Assembly (NCBI RefSeq): GCF_009914755.1
Contig: NC_060944.1
From: the human T2T-CHM13v2.0 reference genome, Homo sapiens
Length of the DNA: 64,000 nucleotides
Strand: one strand, 5' to 3'
Shown here: positions 1 through 20,882 of the stretch, piece after piece
How positions within the stretch are numbered: position 1 is the stretch's first letter
Layout of the letters: each line of letters starts with the position of its first letter
Notes under the pieces: model-generated
Databases searched by the model: none
Told to the model about the DNA's origin: nothing
The model's input: the letters and a program-made list of their open reading frames with translations, nothing else
Position numbers and translations under genes: made by a program

Positions 1-630
1 GTTTCCAACTTGATTCTGAGGAAGATCAGAACAGGATGAAAGAGACAAGTCAATTATCACAGGCCACATGAATAAGTAACAGAGTGTGACTCCTAGACCC
101 AGGACTTATGGATTCCTGCCCTTGAGACTGGTTTTGAGTGGTTTGTGCTGAGGAGATGGAGAACAGTCTTTGGTTTGAAACTGTAGTCAAGGAAGATTGA
201 CCCCGAATGATTGGAGGGGTAAGAGAGTGACCTACTAAGAAGCACCAACGTATTCCCAAATCAAAATATTCTTTCACTGTGATCATGGCCTCCAGTATAT
301 CTTCATTCTTGTCTGGAAAAAAAAAACTCACTATTAGGAAGTTTTCCCTTTTACATAAGCTGGATCTAGTCTACTGTATTTTTAATTCATTTTCTCTTAT
401 TTTTACTGTGGGGTTTCATATTACTTTAATAGCTGTTTATATTTGTAAGGTGCTTTGCACTTCCCATATGCCATGTATGTGGCCCTATTTGGTCCTGGGA
501 ACAATACCATGAGGTAGATAAGGAAGACATTGTCCTCATTTTATAGGTGAGTAAAAGGAGACTCAAAGATGATGTGAATTGCCTATCATCTTGTCTAAGG
601 ACCCACACATAGCTCATAAACATTAAAGCA

Positions 631-1044
<414 letters not shown>

Positions 1045-2043
1045 CTACTCTGGTCCTTGAAAGAGGTATTTTTAGAACTAATAAAAGTAAATTATAATTG
1101 TACCCAAAAGACTAATCTTAGGAAATGCCTAGCCCTATAGTATGGTATTGTTTGAACTCAAAACAGGAAGAACAAACCACAGCCAATATCTCCTCAGTAC
1201 CTAGCACAGTGCATGATACATTCTGGACATGTGATAAATATTTTAAAATTAATTTTGTTATCTAATCCCCATCAACTTCTTTGAATAGTGCTTGGCACAC
1301 AAAAGTCGCTACCTTTTGTGAAGAATAAATGAATGCATGCTAGAGGTATAACAAGGTGCCGGGAAGCACCGAAGAGGGAGGAGATGAGGTTCCCCAGTTG
1401 AGGTTCGGGAAGCCAGAGAATGCTTCAGGAAGAAGGTGGTATCTGAGATGAACCTTTGAGGGAGGAGAATGATGGAGAAGGGTGAGTGGGGCAGTCCAGG
1501 CAGAATAAAAAATATGAACCATGGCTCCACAAAAATGCATGGCATGTTTAGGAAACAGTGGATAATTTGATGTGCCTGAATCATCAAGTTACTTGCTGTT
1601 TCCAGTAAGAGTGTATAAGGAGAAGAGGCTGGAGAGGGAGACTGAGAGCAGATTGTGCATTTGGCTTTTGTCCAAAGGCTGAGGGGAGTCATTAAAGGTT
1701 TCTGAGCAGAGGAGCGACCTGCTCAGAGCCATGTTGAGGAAGTGGAGGGACTGGAGTTTGTTCCTGAGTTGTTCTGGCTGCTGGCTCCTGCCCTGAATGC
1801 TTTTAAGCTTTCTTAGCACAACTTAGGGGCGAGTACTCATTTTAGGGCTCAAGTGACCCGCCCACCTTGGCCTCCCAAAGGGCTTACAGGCATGAGCCCT
1901 GGCCTTGCCTGTTAGCAGTAATTTAAAGACTCAATTCTATGCCACAAACACTTACGAGGCATAAAGGGCACCAAAAGTACTTGGCCAGAAAGTCAGGAGT
2001 TGTTCTTTACTCCTTTCTCTCTTTATACATATGTATGTATAAA

Positions 2044-2865
<822 letters not shown>

Positions 2866-3982
2866 TTAATGAAGCCGATGAGGCCCTGCATGACTGAGTC
2901 CTTCCCATCTCTCTGACTTCCTTTTATACCACCCATTCTCCCCATTGGTCACTAGACTCCAGTCACCCTGCCCTTCCCTCTCTTTTTCTAATATACAGGC
3001 TCCTTCCCATTCAGGAATTCAGTAAGGTACTCTTTCCTGGAGTCTCATTCTCAGCCTTCACCTAGCCTCTTCTGTTCATTCACAGATGTCAGCTGAGATG
3101 TCATGTACTCAGGGAGGCCATCCCTGATATCACAGCCTATATCTCCTGCCACACACTTTTGTAGCTCCTGGTTCTTCTCTTTCATTCCACTTATCACCAC
3201 TGTAATGAAATGTTTAGTATTTCCATGTCTATCTCTCCCACCGGCTGTAACTTCCATGAGGATGAGTTCAAAGGGGACTACAGGCATGTAAACCATTATT
3301 TATAATGTAATACAAAATATGCTATAAATGAGGATACATATAATGCCATTGGGAGCACATAGAAAGTCCATTTAACCCCAGACAGATAGCCCTCCCTGAT
3401 GAAGTGGCATTCAAGTTGCATTTTGAAGTAGCGCACCATGGGGAGGCCAGAGTACATATGGGAAAGGAGTTCTAGGGAGAGGGAATGAAATAAAGGCACA
3501 GAGGCAGGACTCTGCAGGATATGCTCAGGCAACACAATTAGGTCAGTATAGCTAGAGGTTGGGGTACTTGAGGTGAGCAATAAAGGGTAGAAGGTACAGG
3601 ACAGAACATGAGGCTGGCAGAACCAGGCATGGTGGCTCATGCCTGTAATCCCAGCTTCTCAGGAGGCTGAGGCTGGAGGATTGCTTGAGACCAAGAGTTT
3701 GAGGTCATAGTGAGCTATGATTGTGCCACTGCACTCCAGCCTGAGCGACAGAGCAGAACCCCATCTCTACAAAAGAAAACAGGGCTGGAAAGGTGCATTG
3801 GCATCACATTGTAAGGGTTGTTGTGTCATGCTAAAGAATCTGGACTTTAAGACTGGCAATGAGGAACCAGAAGATCGGCTTCACAGTCAATCCACTTAGG
3901 CTAAAATAATGGAACTTTTTAACATGACTTACAGGTTATTTAGTTCAACCATCTCCCTGTTGCAGTTAAGAAACTGAGACTT

Positions 3983-4568
3983 GGTCTGGCTGTGGGGCTC
4001 ACATCTGTAACCCTAGCACTTTGGGAGGCCAAGCTGGGAGGATCACTTGAGCCCAGGAGTTTGAGACCAGCCTGGGCAACATGGCGAAACCCTATCTCTA
4101 CAAAAAATACAAAGATTAGCTGTGTATGGTGGCATACACCTACAGTCACAGCTACTTGGGAGACTGAGGCAGGAGGATTGCTTGAGCCCAAGAAGTTGAG
4201 GCTACAGAGAGCAGAGATTGTACCACTGCACTGCAGCCTGGGCCATAGAGTGAAACCCTGTCTTAAAAAAATTAGGCCAGGTGCAGTGGCTCACACTTGT
4301 AATCCCAGCACTTTGGGAGGCTGAGGTGGGTGGATCACCTGAGGTCAGAAGTTCGAGATCAGCCTGGCCAATAGGGTGAAACCCTGTCTTTACTAAAAAA
4401 TACAAAGAATTAGCTGAGCGTGGTGGTGGGCACCTGTAATCCCAGCTACTTAGGAGGCTGAGGCAGGAGAATCACTTGAACCCGAGAGGCGGAGGTTGCA
4501 GTGAGCCAAAATCACGCCATTGCACTCCAGCCTGGGTGACAAGAGCAAGACTATGTCTCAAAAAAAAA
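3983..4568 (+). mobile_element. Tandem Alus (J-type 3983-4272, S-type 4275-4568)
   Basis: Two head-to-tail dimers. Confidence 0.9.
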
Positions 4569-5467
4569 TTTTTTTTAATTTAAATTTTAAAAACCCTGAG
4601 GCCTGGCCACTGGTCTTTGTCTTCACTTTTCCCTTTTCTTAACTCACCAAGAAGTCGAGCCTCAGGGGACAGAAAATTAGCAGATCTGCGGGAGGGCCTT
4701 GGACAGGGTGAGGAAGACTAAGGCCTCTCCTTTTCCAGAGAGTGAATGAGACCATGGCCACACTCCTGACTGTGGGCAGAGGCCTCCCCAGAACTGCAAA
4801 ACTTGGACATCCCAGTGCTGACCCAAAACCCCAAATGTGCCACCTCCCCGGGTATGGTGATCATCTGGCTTGTGGTGGCCTCCTGGGAGTGGGCCAAGGA
4901 CATTCTGCAGAGCGCCAGGGAATTCCCGCTAGTGCACTTACCACCCACTCAAGAGCCGATGGCAGCCAACAGGCAATGCTGCGCCATTAAGGTGTTTGTC
5001 AAGAAGCTAAGCTGGGCATTGTGGGCGATCCTGAGGGCCCTTTTTAGATTGGCTGTAAGTGAAGAAAAAAAACAGCATTTGGAGGCAAACTAGAGCTAGT
5101 GCAGAGGGTGTAGCATGACAGAAAACCCTCTGAGAGGCAGAGATGCTTGCCTCCATGTCTGGCTTCCTTACCAACTTGCTCTGTGATTTTGAATAAGTCA
5201 TTTCCCCTCCCGGAGTTTTCTTTCTCTCTTCTGCAAAACAAGTATGTTAAATTAGATGATCTCTGAGTATTGGTGACCAGTGCATTTTCTAGATACCTGA
5301 ATGATTATGCCTTCAGTATGAAATTTTACGAATTAGTTATATAACTCAGGTGGGCTCAGCAGCAAGGCTGGGACCTCAGTTATATGGGTAGAGGAGGAAG
5401 CAGGGTTTTGGTGGGACAAGAAGTGGAGGGAACTGACACAGTGATAGGACCCATCCCTGAGGAGTCA

Positions 5468-5911
<444 letters not shown>

Positions 5912-5994
5912 TCAGCGGTTCTTTCCAAGGAGTATGGGAGCAGGAATAGACAATAACATTGTACGAACACTTACTATGTGCCAGAATCTGCTAA

Positions 5995-6470
5995 ATGCTT
6001 CTTGCTGCTGTAACAAATTACCACAAACTTATTTCTAAAAGCAACACAGACTTGTTTTCTTACATTTCTGGAGGTCAGAAGTCCAAAATGGGTCTTGCTG
6101 GACTGAAATCAAGTTATTGGCAGGGCTGCATTCCTGCTGGAGTTTCTAGGAGAGGATCTCTTCCTTGCCTTTTCCAGTGTCTAGAGAATGCCCGCATCCC
6201 TTGGCTTGTGGCCCCTTCTAGCAGCAGCAGCACTGCTATAACCTATGTCTCCCAACACCTTCTCTGACTCAAACCCCCTGCCTTCCTCTTATAAGGATGC
6301 TTGTGATTTCATTAGACCCACCTGGATAATCCGGGCTAATCTCCCCCATCTGAAGATCCTTAACTTAATCATTTCTATAAAGTCTCTTTTACCACATAAG
6401 GCAACATATTCCCAGGTTTTGGGGATTAGGATGTGGCTGTCTTTGAAGGGTCATTATTTTACCTACCACA
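5995..6470 (-). mobile_element. MLT1-family MaLR LTR
   Basis: gctgctgtaacaaattaccacaaact...ctggaggtcagaagtccaaa...gataatc...ctccccatc hallmark segments. Confidence 0.75.
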
Positions 6471-7749
6471 GTGCATCATCTCACTGAGTCCTCCTAACAG
6501 CCCTTCTTTAAACATCTGTTTAACAGATGAGGAATGTGATGCTTAGAGGAGTTAGGTCATTTGCCCAAGGGCACTCTGCTGGAAAGAGAAAAGTTAGGTA
6601 ATATTTGGTATGTGGTGGCATCTTGGTCCCAAGTGAGCTGTCTTTTTAGATAGGACCCCATTCAGCTCCCAAGTGTATTGAGAATACAGTCTAACTCTGT
6701 GGAGGAGGCTGTCTAAGAACTAGGCAGGGAATCTGAGACCCTGAAAAATAGATTAGGGTCACAGCAGTCTCAGCTTAGAACTTGAATGCTAGAGAGAGAA
6801 ACTGAGGGAAAAAACCCAGTTGTAAGCATTAAGCCAATATAGCAATGGATGAGGAAGAATGATCTTAGGCCACCATTCATGCCTGCATACAGTGATACAA
6901 TAATATCTTAGTGTTGGGGGTTGAAGCTGCTGATGGACCATTTGCTCAAGTTAGGATTGACCAAGGAGATGGACAAGGTGAGGGACTCAGAGATAACTGC
7001 AGAGCCGAGGCACAGAGAGCAGAGGCTGGCTACTGAGCCAGTGCTAATAGAAGACTTTTCTAAATGGGTAACATAGTCAATTATAAGTGACACTGAACAA
7101 CATGTCCATTTCGTCATGGTTATGGCAGGCCCTGTGCTAGCTGTTGGGGTGACAATGATGAGGAGGACATATATGCATTTTAGAGTCAGGAGGAAGCGAC
7201 AGATATTTCAACATGTGGTTACAATACAGTGTGGTAAGAATTGCGATAAGGAAACAGATGGGGGACTGACAGGGATGTACAAGGACCTTCTGAAATAGAT
7301 GTAAGAGGCCAAGGCTCCCCAAAGAGGGAGGAGGGGAGAGTGAACTGAATAGAAGGAACAATACGTGTAAGGGCCTGGGAGAACTGGAACTCACTGGAAC
7401 ACAGAGCACTAGGTGGGGAAAGATAAAAGGGGTTGCAGAGGGAGTCAGGGACCATATCATAAAGGCTCTTAACTGCAGAGATGGAAAGCTCTTAGAGCCA
7501 CCTCAGGGCATTCACACTTACTGTTCCCTCATCCTGGAACACGCTTTCCTAGTAGCCACAGGGTCCACTCCCTCACCTCCTTCAGATCTCTTGCTCAAAT
7601 GTCACCTGCTCAAAGAGATTGTCCCTGATCACCCTCCATAAATAGCTGTCCCACTCTCCATCTCTCCAACCGGCTCTATTCTTCACAGCACTTATTCCCA
7701 CATGGTTCTTCCACTAGACCATAACTACTAGAAAGTAACTAGAATGCTG

Positions 7750-8255
<506 letters not shown>

Positions 8256-8404
8256 GACTAGAATGTTTTTGTTTGCTCTTTTAGCCCTAGCACACAGTAC
8301 TTGGTACATAGTAGGTCCTCAATAAATATTTATTGAATGAAGGGACAGAAATAAACATTTGATGTTTAGGAGGTAGGACCCATAGTTCTTTGGTAAAAGA
8401 CTAG

Positions 8405-8695
8405 TGTGCTGTGGCTCACGCCTGTAATCCCAGCACTTTATGAGGCCAAGGCAGATGTATCACTTGAGCCTAGGAGTTCAAGACCAGCCCTAGCAACACA
8501 GCGAGACTTCGTCTCCACAAAAGATTAAAAAAGAAAAATTAGCCAGGCGTGGTGGCAAACGCCTGTAGTCCCAGCTACTCAGGAGGCTGAGGTGGGAGGA
8601 TCACTTGAGCCCAGAAGTTCAAGGCTGCAGTGAGCCATGGCTGAGAGCGAGACCCTGTCTCAAAAAAAAACCAACCAAACAAACAAACAAAAAAG
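8405..8695 (+). mobile_element. Alu (J-type)
   Basis: Alu consensus. Confidence 0.85.
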
Positions 8696-10160
8696 GAAAC
8701 TGGATGTAGGCAGTGAAGGAGAGGGAAGAGTCACAGGTCATATGAGGCTGCTGGTTTGGACAACTGGGTAGCTGATGGTGCCATACCCTGACATAGCACA
8801 GGCATATTGAGCTCACTATTGTCTGAGATAAGGCATTGCACTCCAGGAGTGTGAGGTATAGGAAGTCCTGGGAGGGGGAAGGGCTGCCTGTCCAACACTC
8901 TGACCGTACGGAATATGCCTGAATTCTGCCATTTCTTAGCTTTAGGGCTCTGGATACTTGTAGGCACTGCCAGAGCTCTGCCTCTTGCCACCCCCATTGC
9001 CACTTCTAACCTCACCACCACCTCTGCTGTCTCCCGCTCTCTTCCCTCTTCTGTGCACATTTTGTTCTCCTTGGTATTCTCTGCTCTCTCCTTTCACTGC
9101 CACCACTCCGGGACTTCTCAGCTTTGGCTTCTCAGGAACCCAAATCCTGCCTTCTGGCCGGCAGACCAGTCACACCATATTGTCTATGATCTCTACGTCT
9201 TTGGCTCAGCCCAGCTATTTTGGTCTCTGCTTGCACTCTGAGATTTTTCTTACTTTCCTCTGGGTTTACACCTCTTTCTGCACTTAAAGGGTGACAGACA
9301 TCTTAAGAGTTGGTTAACTGAGCTGTAAAGGTTAGACTTCTGACGTGGCTGATGATTGATTAATGGATCTAGGTGTAAAGAGATGAAAGCAAGGTCATTC
9401 TGTCTAAAAGTGAATGGGACTTTTTTCCTTCAGTGGGTTTTATCTTTTTTTTCAAATGGAACAATGGAACCTATTGCCTCATCAAGCAAGGAAGTCAAAT
9501 CACAATAGATTGAATTTCAGCAAGTGTTTTTTGAAACCTCTAATAGATACCAGGAATTGTGCTTGGTGCTTTCAGTGTATTACTAAATCTTCCCAAGATG
9601 AAGTCCCTTCCTTGATATCCAGGCAGTGCCTCCTAGATCAACTGTTCATTCATTAACTCAGTGATTATTTCTTGTGTCAGACACTGTGCTAAATACTATA
9701 ACAGATACAAAAATAAATATGACACCATCTCTGTTCTCCAGGAACTCAATCTAGTGGGAAAAACAGACATATCCATGACTGGGTATGATACATTGTGGTA
9801 GCTGTGTGTACAAAGTACTGCAGGAGTAAAGAGGGCACCCACTAGCTCTGACAGGGAGAGCTAAGGAAGATTTAACAAAGGAGGTGACATTGAGCTAGAC
9901 CTTGAAGGATGAGTAGGAGTTTGCTAATGTGCATAAAGAGAATGGGTTTTGGAGGCAGCAGAAACAGCCTGGAACTGTGAAGGGCAGAGAGTGCTTTGGA
10001 CTTGCTATGACTGGAATGTAGAACACTTGCTCTAGCCTCAGGAGTTCTGCCCAGAGAAGGCAGAGGATTGTCTGGGTCACAGAGAAAGTGAGTGGCAGAG
10101 ACAGGATTAAGCAGCATGAATTAGAATTGTCCGACCCCGATCCATCTTCCTTAGCCTCTA

Positions 10161-10195
10161 ATACACACACACAGACACACAGACACACACACACA
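10161..10195 (+). repeat. Interrupted (CA)n microsatellite
   Basis: acacacacacagacacacagacacacacacaca. Confidence 0.85.
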
Positions 10196-10906
10196 TAATG
10201 CTAGTCCAACTTCTTGTCCTGTCCCCTGGCTTAGATGCTGTCATTCGACTGCCCCCACCCCATTTGCCCTTCTAGGAGTGTGCCCCTAGGCTCTGAGGAT
10301 TGTCCCCAGAGAACCTGGGAGAGAAACAGAGCCTAGAGAATATTAGAGAATACACTAATACTGGCCCACCCCCACCATGTGTCTGATCCATCCCAGTGTT
10401 TAGTTCTGGCCTAGACATTTGCCTATGACCTGAGTCCATAGATCCTAACTCCTGATGTGGCCACGATAGACTCTGTGATGTTCGTAATGGATTTGGATGG
10501 GCTGTGAGATGCTCCTTGCTTGAGTATCCCAGAAAACGAGCTGCGTAAACCAGGTTGCCAGCTTTTTACTGAGGAGGAGCTACTTTTAATTCCCAGAGCA
10601 CTGGAACGCTAGAGTGGGCTTATGTAGAAGACCCCCTGTTCCTCACTTCCTACCATAAGCAGGAATGAAAATTTTTAAATTCCATGCTAGCTTCGAGGTG
10701 GATGCTCAAAAAATACTCCATTGGCTGACTGGCTTGTGAGTAGTTATCTGTTCAGAGGTCCCTAGCTATTTCCCAAATGGTGTAATTCATCTTAGTCAAA
10801 TTTTTAGAGAACCAGTAGAGTCCGTTGGCAGATAGGGAGGCACTGGATATATTTTAGGTTTGTACCACACCTCTTTTGGGGATGTCTTGAGGCAGCTTAC
10901 ATATTA

Positions 10907-11255
<349 letters not shown>

Positions 11256-11756
11256 TTAAGGATGAAACATAAAACTTGGTGGTCTGAAGGATGAAAAAAG
11301 TAATGGTTACTTCCAAACATCCCCATGCTCAACAAATAAGCTATAAATTTGGCTGAAAAATTCCTGGGAGAAAGACAAAAAGGGAAACGCATTGGGTTAT
11401 CCAGTGTTCCTTTTCTTATACCTTAAAGTATACAGAATATCCTATAGGGAAAACATTTTCCTCAAGCTAAAGCCTAATAGAAAGTAATTGTGTTTGGTCC
11501 TAAGAAAGTTGAGTGAGAAGGTGAAGGGTATGTAATTCCATTTAGCCGTCGTTTCTCCGTATCCACTCAGCACCAGGCCCTATGCAGTGTCCCCAGTCTT
11601 CTGGGAGATGCTGTCATGTCCATAAGTCACCCAAGAGAAAGAAGACTTGACCGCAAAAGATGAACTGCCCTCCATAGGACCCACAAGAACTGGCTCTTGG
11701 TCCAAGGAGCACATGGGAGGGCAGGATGGCTAGATTTCAAAAAGCAAGAGTCAAAT

Positions 11757-12057
<301 letters not shown>

Positions 12058-13300
12058 TCTGCTCAGAATGTGCTATGCTCTCCCACATTTCCAGGCAATT
12101 GCACATGCTGTATACTTCAAGGCTTAGCTTAAATCTCATCTCTATCTGGAAGCCGTCCCTGAGTTCCCCTTTCTCTGTGGTGCTCTGCTCCCCACCATGG
12201 ATAAGACACCCTTCTTTTGTTCTCCCATAGAACTCTATGCACACTTGCTTTTTAGCATTGTATTTTTATTGTGGGTTTACTTGTCAGTCTCTGAGTTCCT
12301 TATTCATCTTTATTTTTTCAGAGCCTCGCACAGTGCCTAGCCTGTAGTAGGTGCTCAGTTAATGCTTGTTGAATGCACATAATGAGCAACTACTGTATCC
12401 AGCACTGTCCTGGGCACTGGATGATTAAGCTACAGCCCCTTCCCTCGAGGATGTTAAAGTCCCAGCACTTTGGGAGGAGGAGAAGGAGGAGGAGGAGGAG
12501 GAGACTCTTACATAATGATTCCAGCCCAATCTTATAATATCTATAATAGGGGATTTGGGGAGCACAGAAGAGGAAGAAAATAACTTAGCCTGACACGTCA
12601 GGAAAGTCTTCCAGAGGTAGTAATTTATGGGCTGAACCTTAAAATATAATTTGTTTTTTGCCAAACTGAGAAAAATATTAGGCAGAGGAAAAAACATGTA
12701 TTAATACAAAGGCAGGAAAGAGAATCAATATTTAGGGAACTGCAAGTATTGATATTCTGTGCCATCATTTGGAATGGAAAGTATGTTTCAGATCCAATTG
12801 TGAGAGACAGAAAGTTGTTACTTTATTGTGTATGTTTCAAGGCTTTATTATTCCAACAATTTTTCTTGTATCATCAGATGGATTTTATCACAAGGCAGTA
12901 AAGATGTTATAGTCACCTTTGGTGAAGCAAATAATAACTTATTTATAGTTTCTGGCTGGCTGCCTTCTGAAAAACTGTTTCATTTGACTTATAATAAAAG
13001 ACACATCCATAATTAGCCTGTTCATATAGACACATGAAACAAAAGCTATAGCTAGGAGGGGAATAATGCCATTTCCCCAGGCTCTTTTCCCTTCATTGGC
13101 TTACTTGGCATTCAGGATAATCCTCTGAGGATGGGAAACAGGGTTATCTAGATTCGAGCCCAGCATGTAGCTCCTGGAAGTGCTTGTGGGCTCAACAAAT
13201 ACACGGATGTTTTCCTCATTTTCCAGCTGATGCCACACATATTTCCTGGTACTCTTGTGTCCCTGGGTCTCCATCCCCTCATGCTTTTGGGTGGGAATAA

Positions 13301-14609
<1,309 letters not shown>

Positions 14610-15033
14610 ATATATGTATATTTCTGAACCCATTTAAGAATAATTTGCTAGCCAATTGTCACCTGGGCCAAAAAAAAAAAAAAAAGAATAAGTTGCAGAT
14701 ATTATGCACCCTTATGTCAGCCTCAGTCCTTCAGTGTGTATTTCCTAAAAATCACATATTCTCCTACATATTAATTTTTATATATGCCTTTCTAGATTTT
14801 TTCTATGCACACATGATTTATTTATATTTAAATAAGATCATGCATTGTTTTATTTATATTTATTTATAGTGCCTTGCTTTTTTGGGGGGTAGCAATACAT
14901 ATTGTATATAATCTCCTGCCAATAAATATTCTACAACATGATTCTTCATCAGGCTTTGACAGCAGACACGGTGGATTTCTGGGTGGCACAACATTTTCAA
15001 AATACCACTCTGCATCACGGAATCAGCCGTGCT

Positions 15034-15597
<564 letters not shown>

Positions 15598-15700
15598 TCA
15601 CTGGGGTCAAATGATCCCTCGTGTTCAAGGCACATCTCTGCCCAGGTAGAACAGAGCCTTTCCCAGCATAACGCATCTTTTTCTTTCCCGTGTCTTTCAG

Positions 15701-15849
15701 AACTGGTTAAAGTCCTATGGCTATCTGCTTCCCTATGACTCACGGGCATCTGCGCTGCACTCAGCGAAGGCCTTGCAGTCGGCAGTCTCCACTATGCAGC
15801 AGTTTTACGGGATCCCGGTCACCGGTGTGTTGGATCAGACAACGATCGA
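15701..15849 (+). CDS. MMP24: MMP24 (MT5-MMP) exon 2, propeptide
   Basis: tttcag acceptor and GA|gtaag donor; translates NWLKSYGYLLPYDSRASALHSAKALQSAVSTMQQFYGIPVTGVLDQTTIE, typical MT-MMP prodomain (not in the ORF track in this frame). Confidence 0.96.
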
Positions 15850-17148
15850 GTAAGATTTCCATAGGACATTGTGCCTTTGAACTTTCTGGACTTACATTTG
15901 GGTTCACATTTGTCATGGCCTGTGTACACCCCATGCCCATCCTCCCTTCCTATCTTTTATTCCTGCAGTGCCATCCTGGGAAAGAATATCTCGATGTGAG
16001 TTGGGGGTGTGCTGGGATGGGAGTCCAGCCCTCCCATTAACATTCCATGTGACCTTGGAGACAAGTTGCTTAACCCTTCTGGACCTCAGTTTCCTTATCA
16101 GTACAGTGAGGGGTTGGGTTATAGATGGGGTCTTAAATCCCCTCTGGCTCGAATAATTTATCTATGGGTCACCCTCTGGAGTTCCCTGCAACGTGCATGT
16201 CTCACAGAATACAGAAAACGCTTGAATGATAATGAGTTGGCTCCACTTTTTCCATTTACCAAACATGTGCTGGGTGCCTGCATGTGCCTGTCATCCGGCC
16301 CTCCAGAGGCTCACCATTTAGTGACAAATACAGTCATCTAGCCACACCAGTCTAGAGCTCAGAAGGAAACAATGAGTTTTGGGGAGACACTTAGGAGGTA
16401 GTAACACTTAGGAGGTAGAAAAAAGCCATGAGGATGGTCCCAATCACTCAAGGAGAATGTAAAGATTCACGGGCAGGGTGCTGGGGATGGAACCCCACAA
16501 AGCCAGCCGAGAAGGGGCAGCCGGAGGGCAAGAAGCCTGACGTGATGATGTGATGCAATGTCATGATGCCACATGGTGTGGGGTGGTCAGTGGGGCCAGC
16601 CACTCCAGAGCCCTCCAACAGGAGCATGGCTGAAAGTTGTCTGCTGGGTTTAGTGACAAAGAGCTTGTTGTTAACCTCAGCAGAATGGTGGAGATGAAGT
16701 CAGACTGAAGTGGGGAGAAGCGGAGGTGAGGAGAAGAGGTGGCAAGTGGAGGGAAGACATTCAAGAAGCTTGACAGGGAGGTGGGGAGAAATGGGTAGCA
16801 GCTAGAGGATGAAGTTTTGTTTGTCTAAGATAGGAGAGAGTTGAACAGCCTTAAACTTGCTTAAGAAAGCTATGAGAGTTGTTTAAGAAAAGCCATTCAC
16901 ATCATTAAAGCATGGAAAAGAACAGGAGTGAGTTTCCTAAGGAGGTGGGAAGGGAGGGGAACCTGAGGCAGGTGGAAGATGCTAGCAGGGCTGGGTGAGG
17001 ATCCAAGGGAGTTGGTGGGGGGAGGAACAGGAAATGCACCCAGTTGTGGATCAAGGATCAATTTGACGTAAGTCACTCCTGGACAGAATCATCTCTCTGG
17101 GTCTCAGTGTGTTCATTTGCAAAGGAGGGTGTTGGATTATGGCTCTAA

Positions 17149-17468
<320 letters not shown>

Positions 17469-18435
17469 TAGATTCCATTATTTTAAGCATCTAAGCTTTT
17501 AAAACTTGGCAAGTCTGGGGTTTTAGGATCCTAAAATCCTGTGTGAACATTTCCCATTCCTAGGATTCTCTGATTATGAGTGTGAACTTCTTCTCCTGTG
17601 CTGTTGTGAATACAGTGGACTCCTTGGCCCCGTGGTCTCCAGAGTGGGCTGGTTAAAGAGAGCCCAGCCGCCTTTCAAAGCGGAGGTTATTTTGAGGGCT
17701 TTGCACAGGCCTCATGGCAGTGCATCCTGGGGCAGAAGCACTGGTGTCTCTGCTGCGGCACCACCTGGCCTTGGGTTTTACTCTGTTCCAAAAAGCCCCA
17801 GGCCTGTTGGATGGCGCTCAGAGAGTGGCAGGTGGATGGTGAAAGGAGGAGGCAGCGGGAATGATCCGAGGGAAAAGGATGGCATTTCCCACTTGCAGTT
17901 CTGCCCACACCTCCTTGTAGAAGGCGGGGGAGTTGTGGTCTGGAAGCAGGGGAAGGAGGAAGCCAGTTGCACTTATTAATCCAAGACCTGAGATGGGGAG
18001 TGTTCAGGGTAGAATTTAGAGCCCCAAGATGCAGCTCCAGCTCTGTGACCTTGGGCAATGGCTGCCTTTCTCTGAGCCTGTTTCCTCCCCTAGGTGCCTT
18101 TGGGTCTAACTCAGTCAGAGGTGGTTCTTGGTTCCCTTCCCAGGGACTGTTAATTAAAGGAAGCTAGATTAGCCATTTAAAGTCCTATGTTTGAGTGTCG
18201 CCTTGGGAAATGTCACACATTTATTCATTCACTCATTCATTTGGTCAACAACATAGTTCCTCTAGCTCAGCTTTGTGCTAAGCACTGACAGGAAAAAATA
18301 AAAGCTCCAGGCTTTGTTAAATTGCATTAATGAATAGTTCATTTTTTCATTCAACTAAGTTCCAGTCCTGCCTTGCTGATTTCTGTGTTTTGCAAGGTAC
18401 TGGATTTATCTGTGGATTGTTTCCCTCATCTGTGA

Positions 18436-19113
<678 letters not shown>

Positions 19114-19139
19114 AAGAATTAAACATTTTAAAAGAATGT

Positions 19140-19771
<632 letters not shown>

Positions 19772-19977
19772 CCTGGTAACAAACAGATATCAGGATTTAC
19801 GTAATTTCAGGCACTGGGCTACCTTCTTTTGAGGATACAATGATGAATAGGACATAGTTCCTGTCCTCAATTTACCATTTATTAGAGGAAATAAACCAAT
19901 AAATTTTAAATCACAACACAATATAATAAGTGCTGCAGAGAATTATGTTCCACATCCCACAGTTGTTAAGCCACTTC

Positions 19978-20285
<308 letters not shown>

Positions 20286-20765
20286 GAAGAGTTTGAATTT
20301 TATTCTCAGTGTTTGGGGAAGTCGCTGGAGGCTTTTAACCAGGGCATCCTGTAATCTCATTGCATTTACAGAGCATTTTCACATGTACTTCCTCCTTGAA
20401 GACGCACCTCCACCTAAGACCAAGAACTAGAGTTCTCATGTTGCAGAGGAGGAAACTGAGGTTCATATTGGTTCAGCCACTTGCCTGGGGGTCCTATGAC
20501 TAGTGGTGGAGCTGGAGCTTATCAAGCCCATATATTCTGATTCTCAGTCTTTATACAGCTATTTCCTCATCTATGATTGTGAGTGCATGAATTAATGAAT
20601 CAATCAATCATGTTCTTGTTGGGGTCCATCCAAGCCAGGGTCCCAGAGTGTAGCTTGAGGATGCACATTGCTTTCCAGACTGGAGCTGGGGAATAGGCAG
20701 TCCCTTCCTAAAGTGTTCAGTGACCACAGTGCATATGCGTGTGTGTGTGTCCTCTCTCTGCCCAG

Positions 20766-20882
20766 GTGGATGAAGAAACCCCGATGTGGTGTCCCTGATC
20801 ACCCCCACTTAAGCCGTAGGCGGAGAAACAAGCGCTATGCCCTGACTGGACAGAAGTGGAGGCAAAAACACATCACCTACAG
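20766..20882 (+). CDS. MMP24: MMP24 exon 3, cysteine switch and furin site
   Basis: WMKKPRCGVPDHPHLSRRRRNKRYALTGQKW; cccag acceptor; weak AG|gtgctt donor; 117 nt, phase 2-2. Confidence 0.97.
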
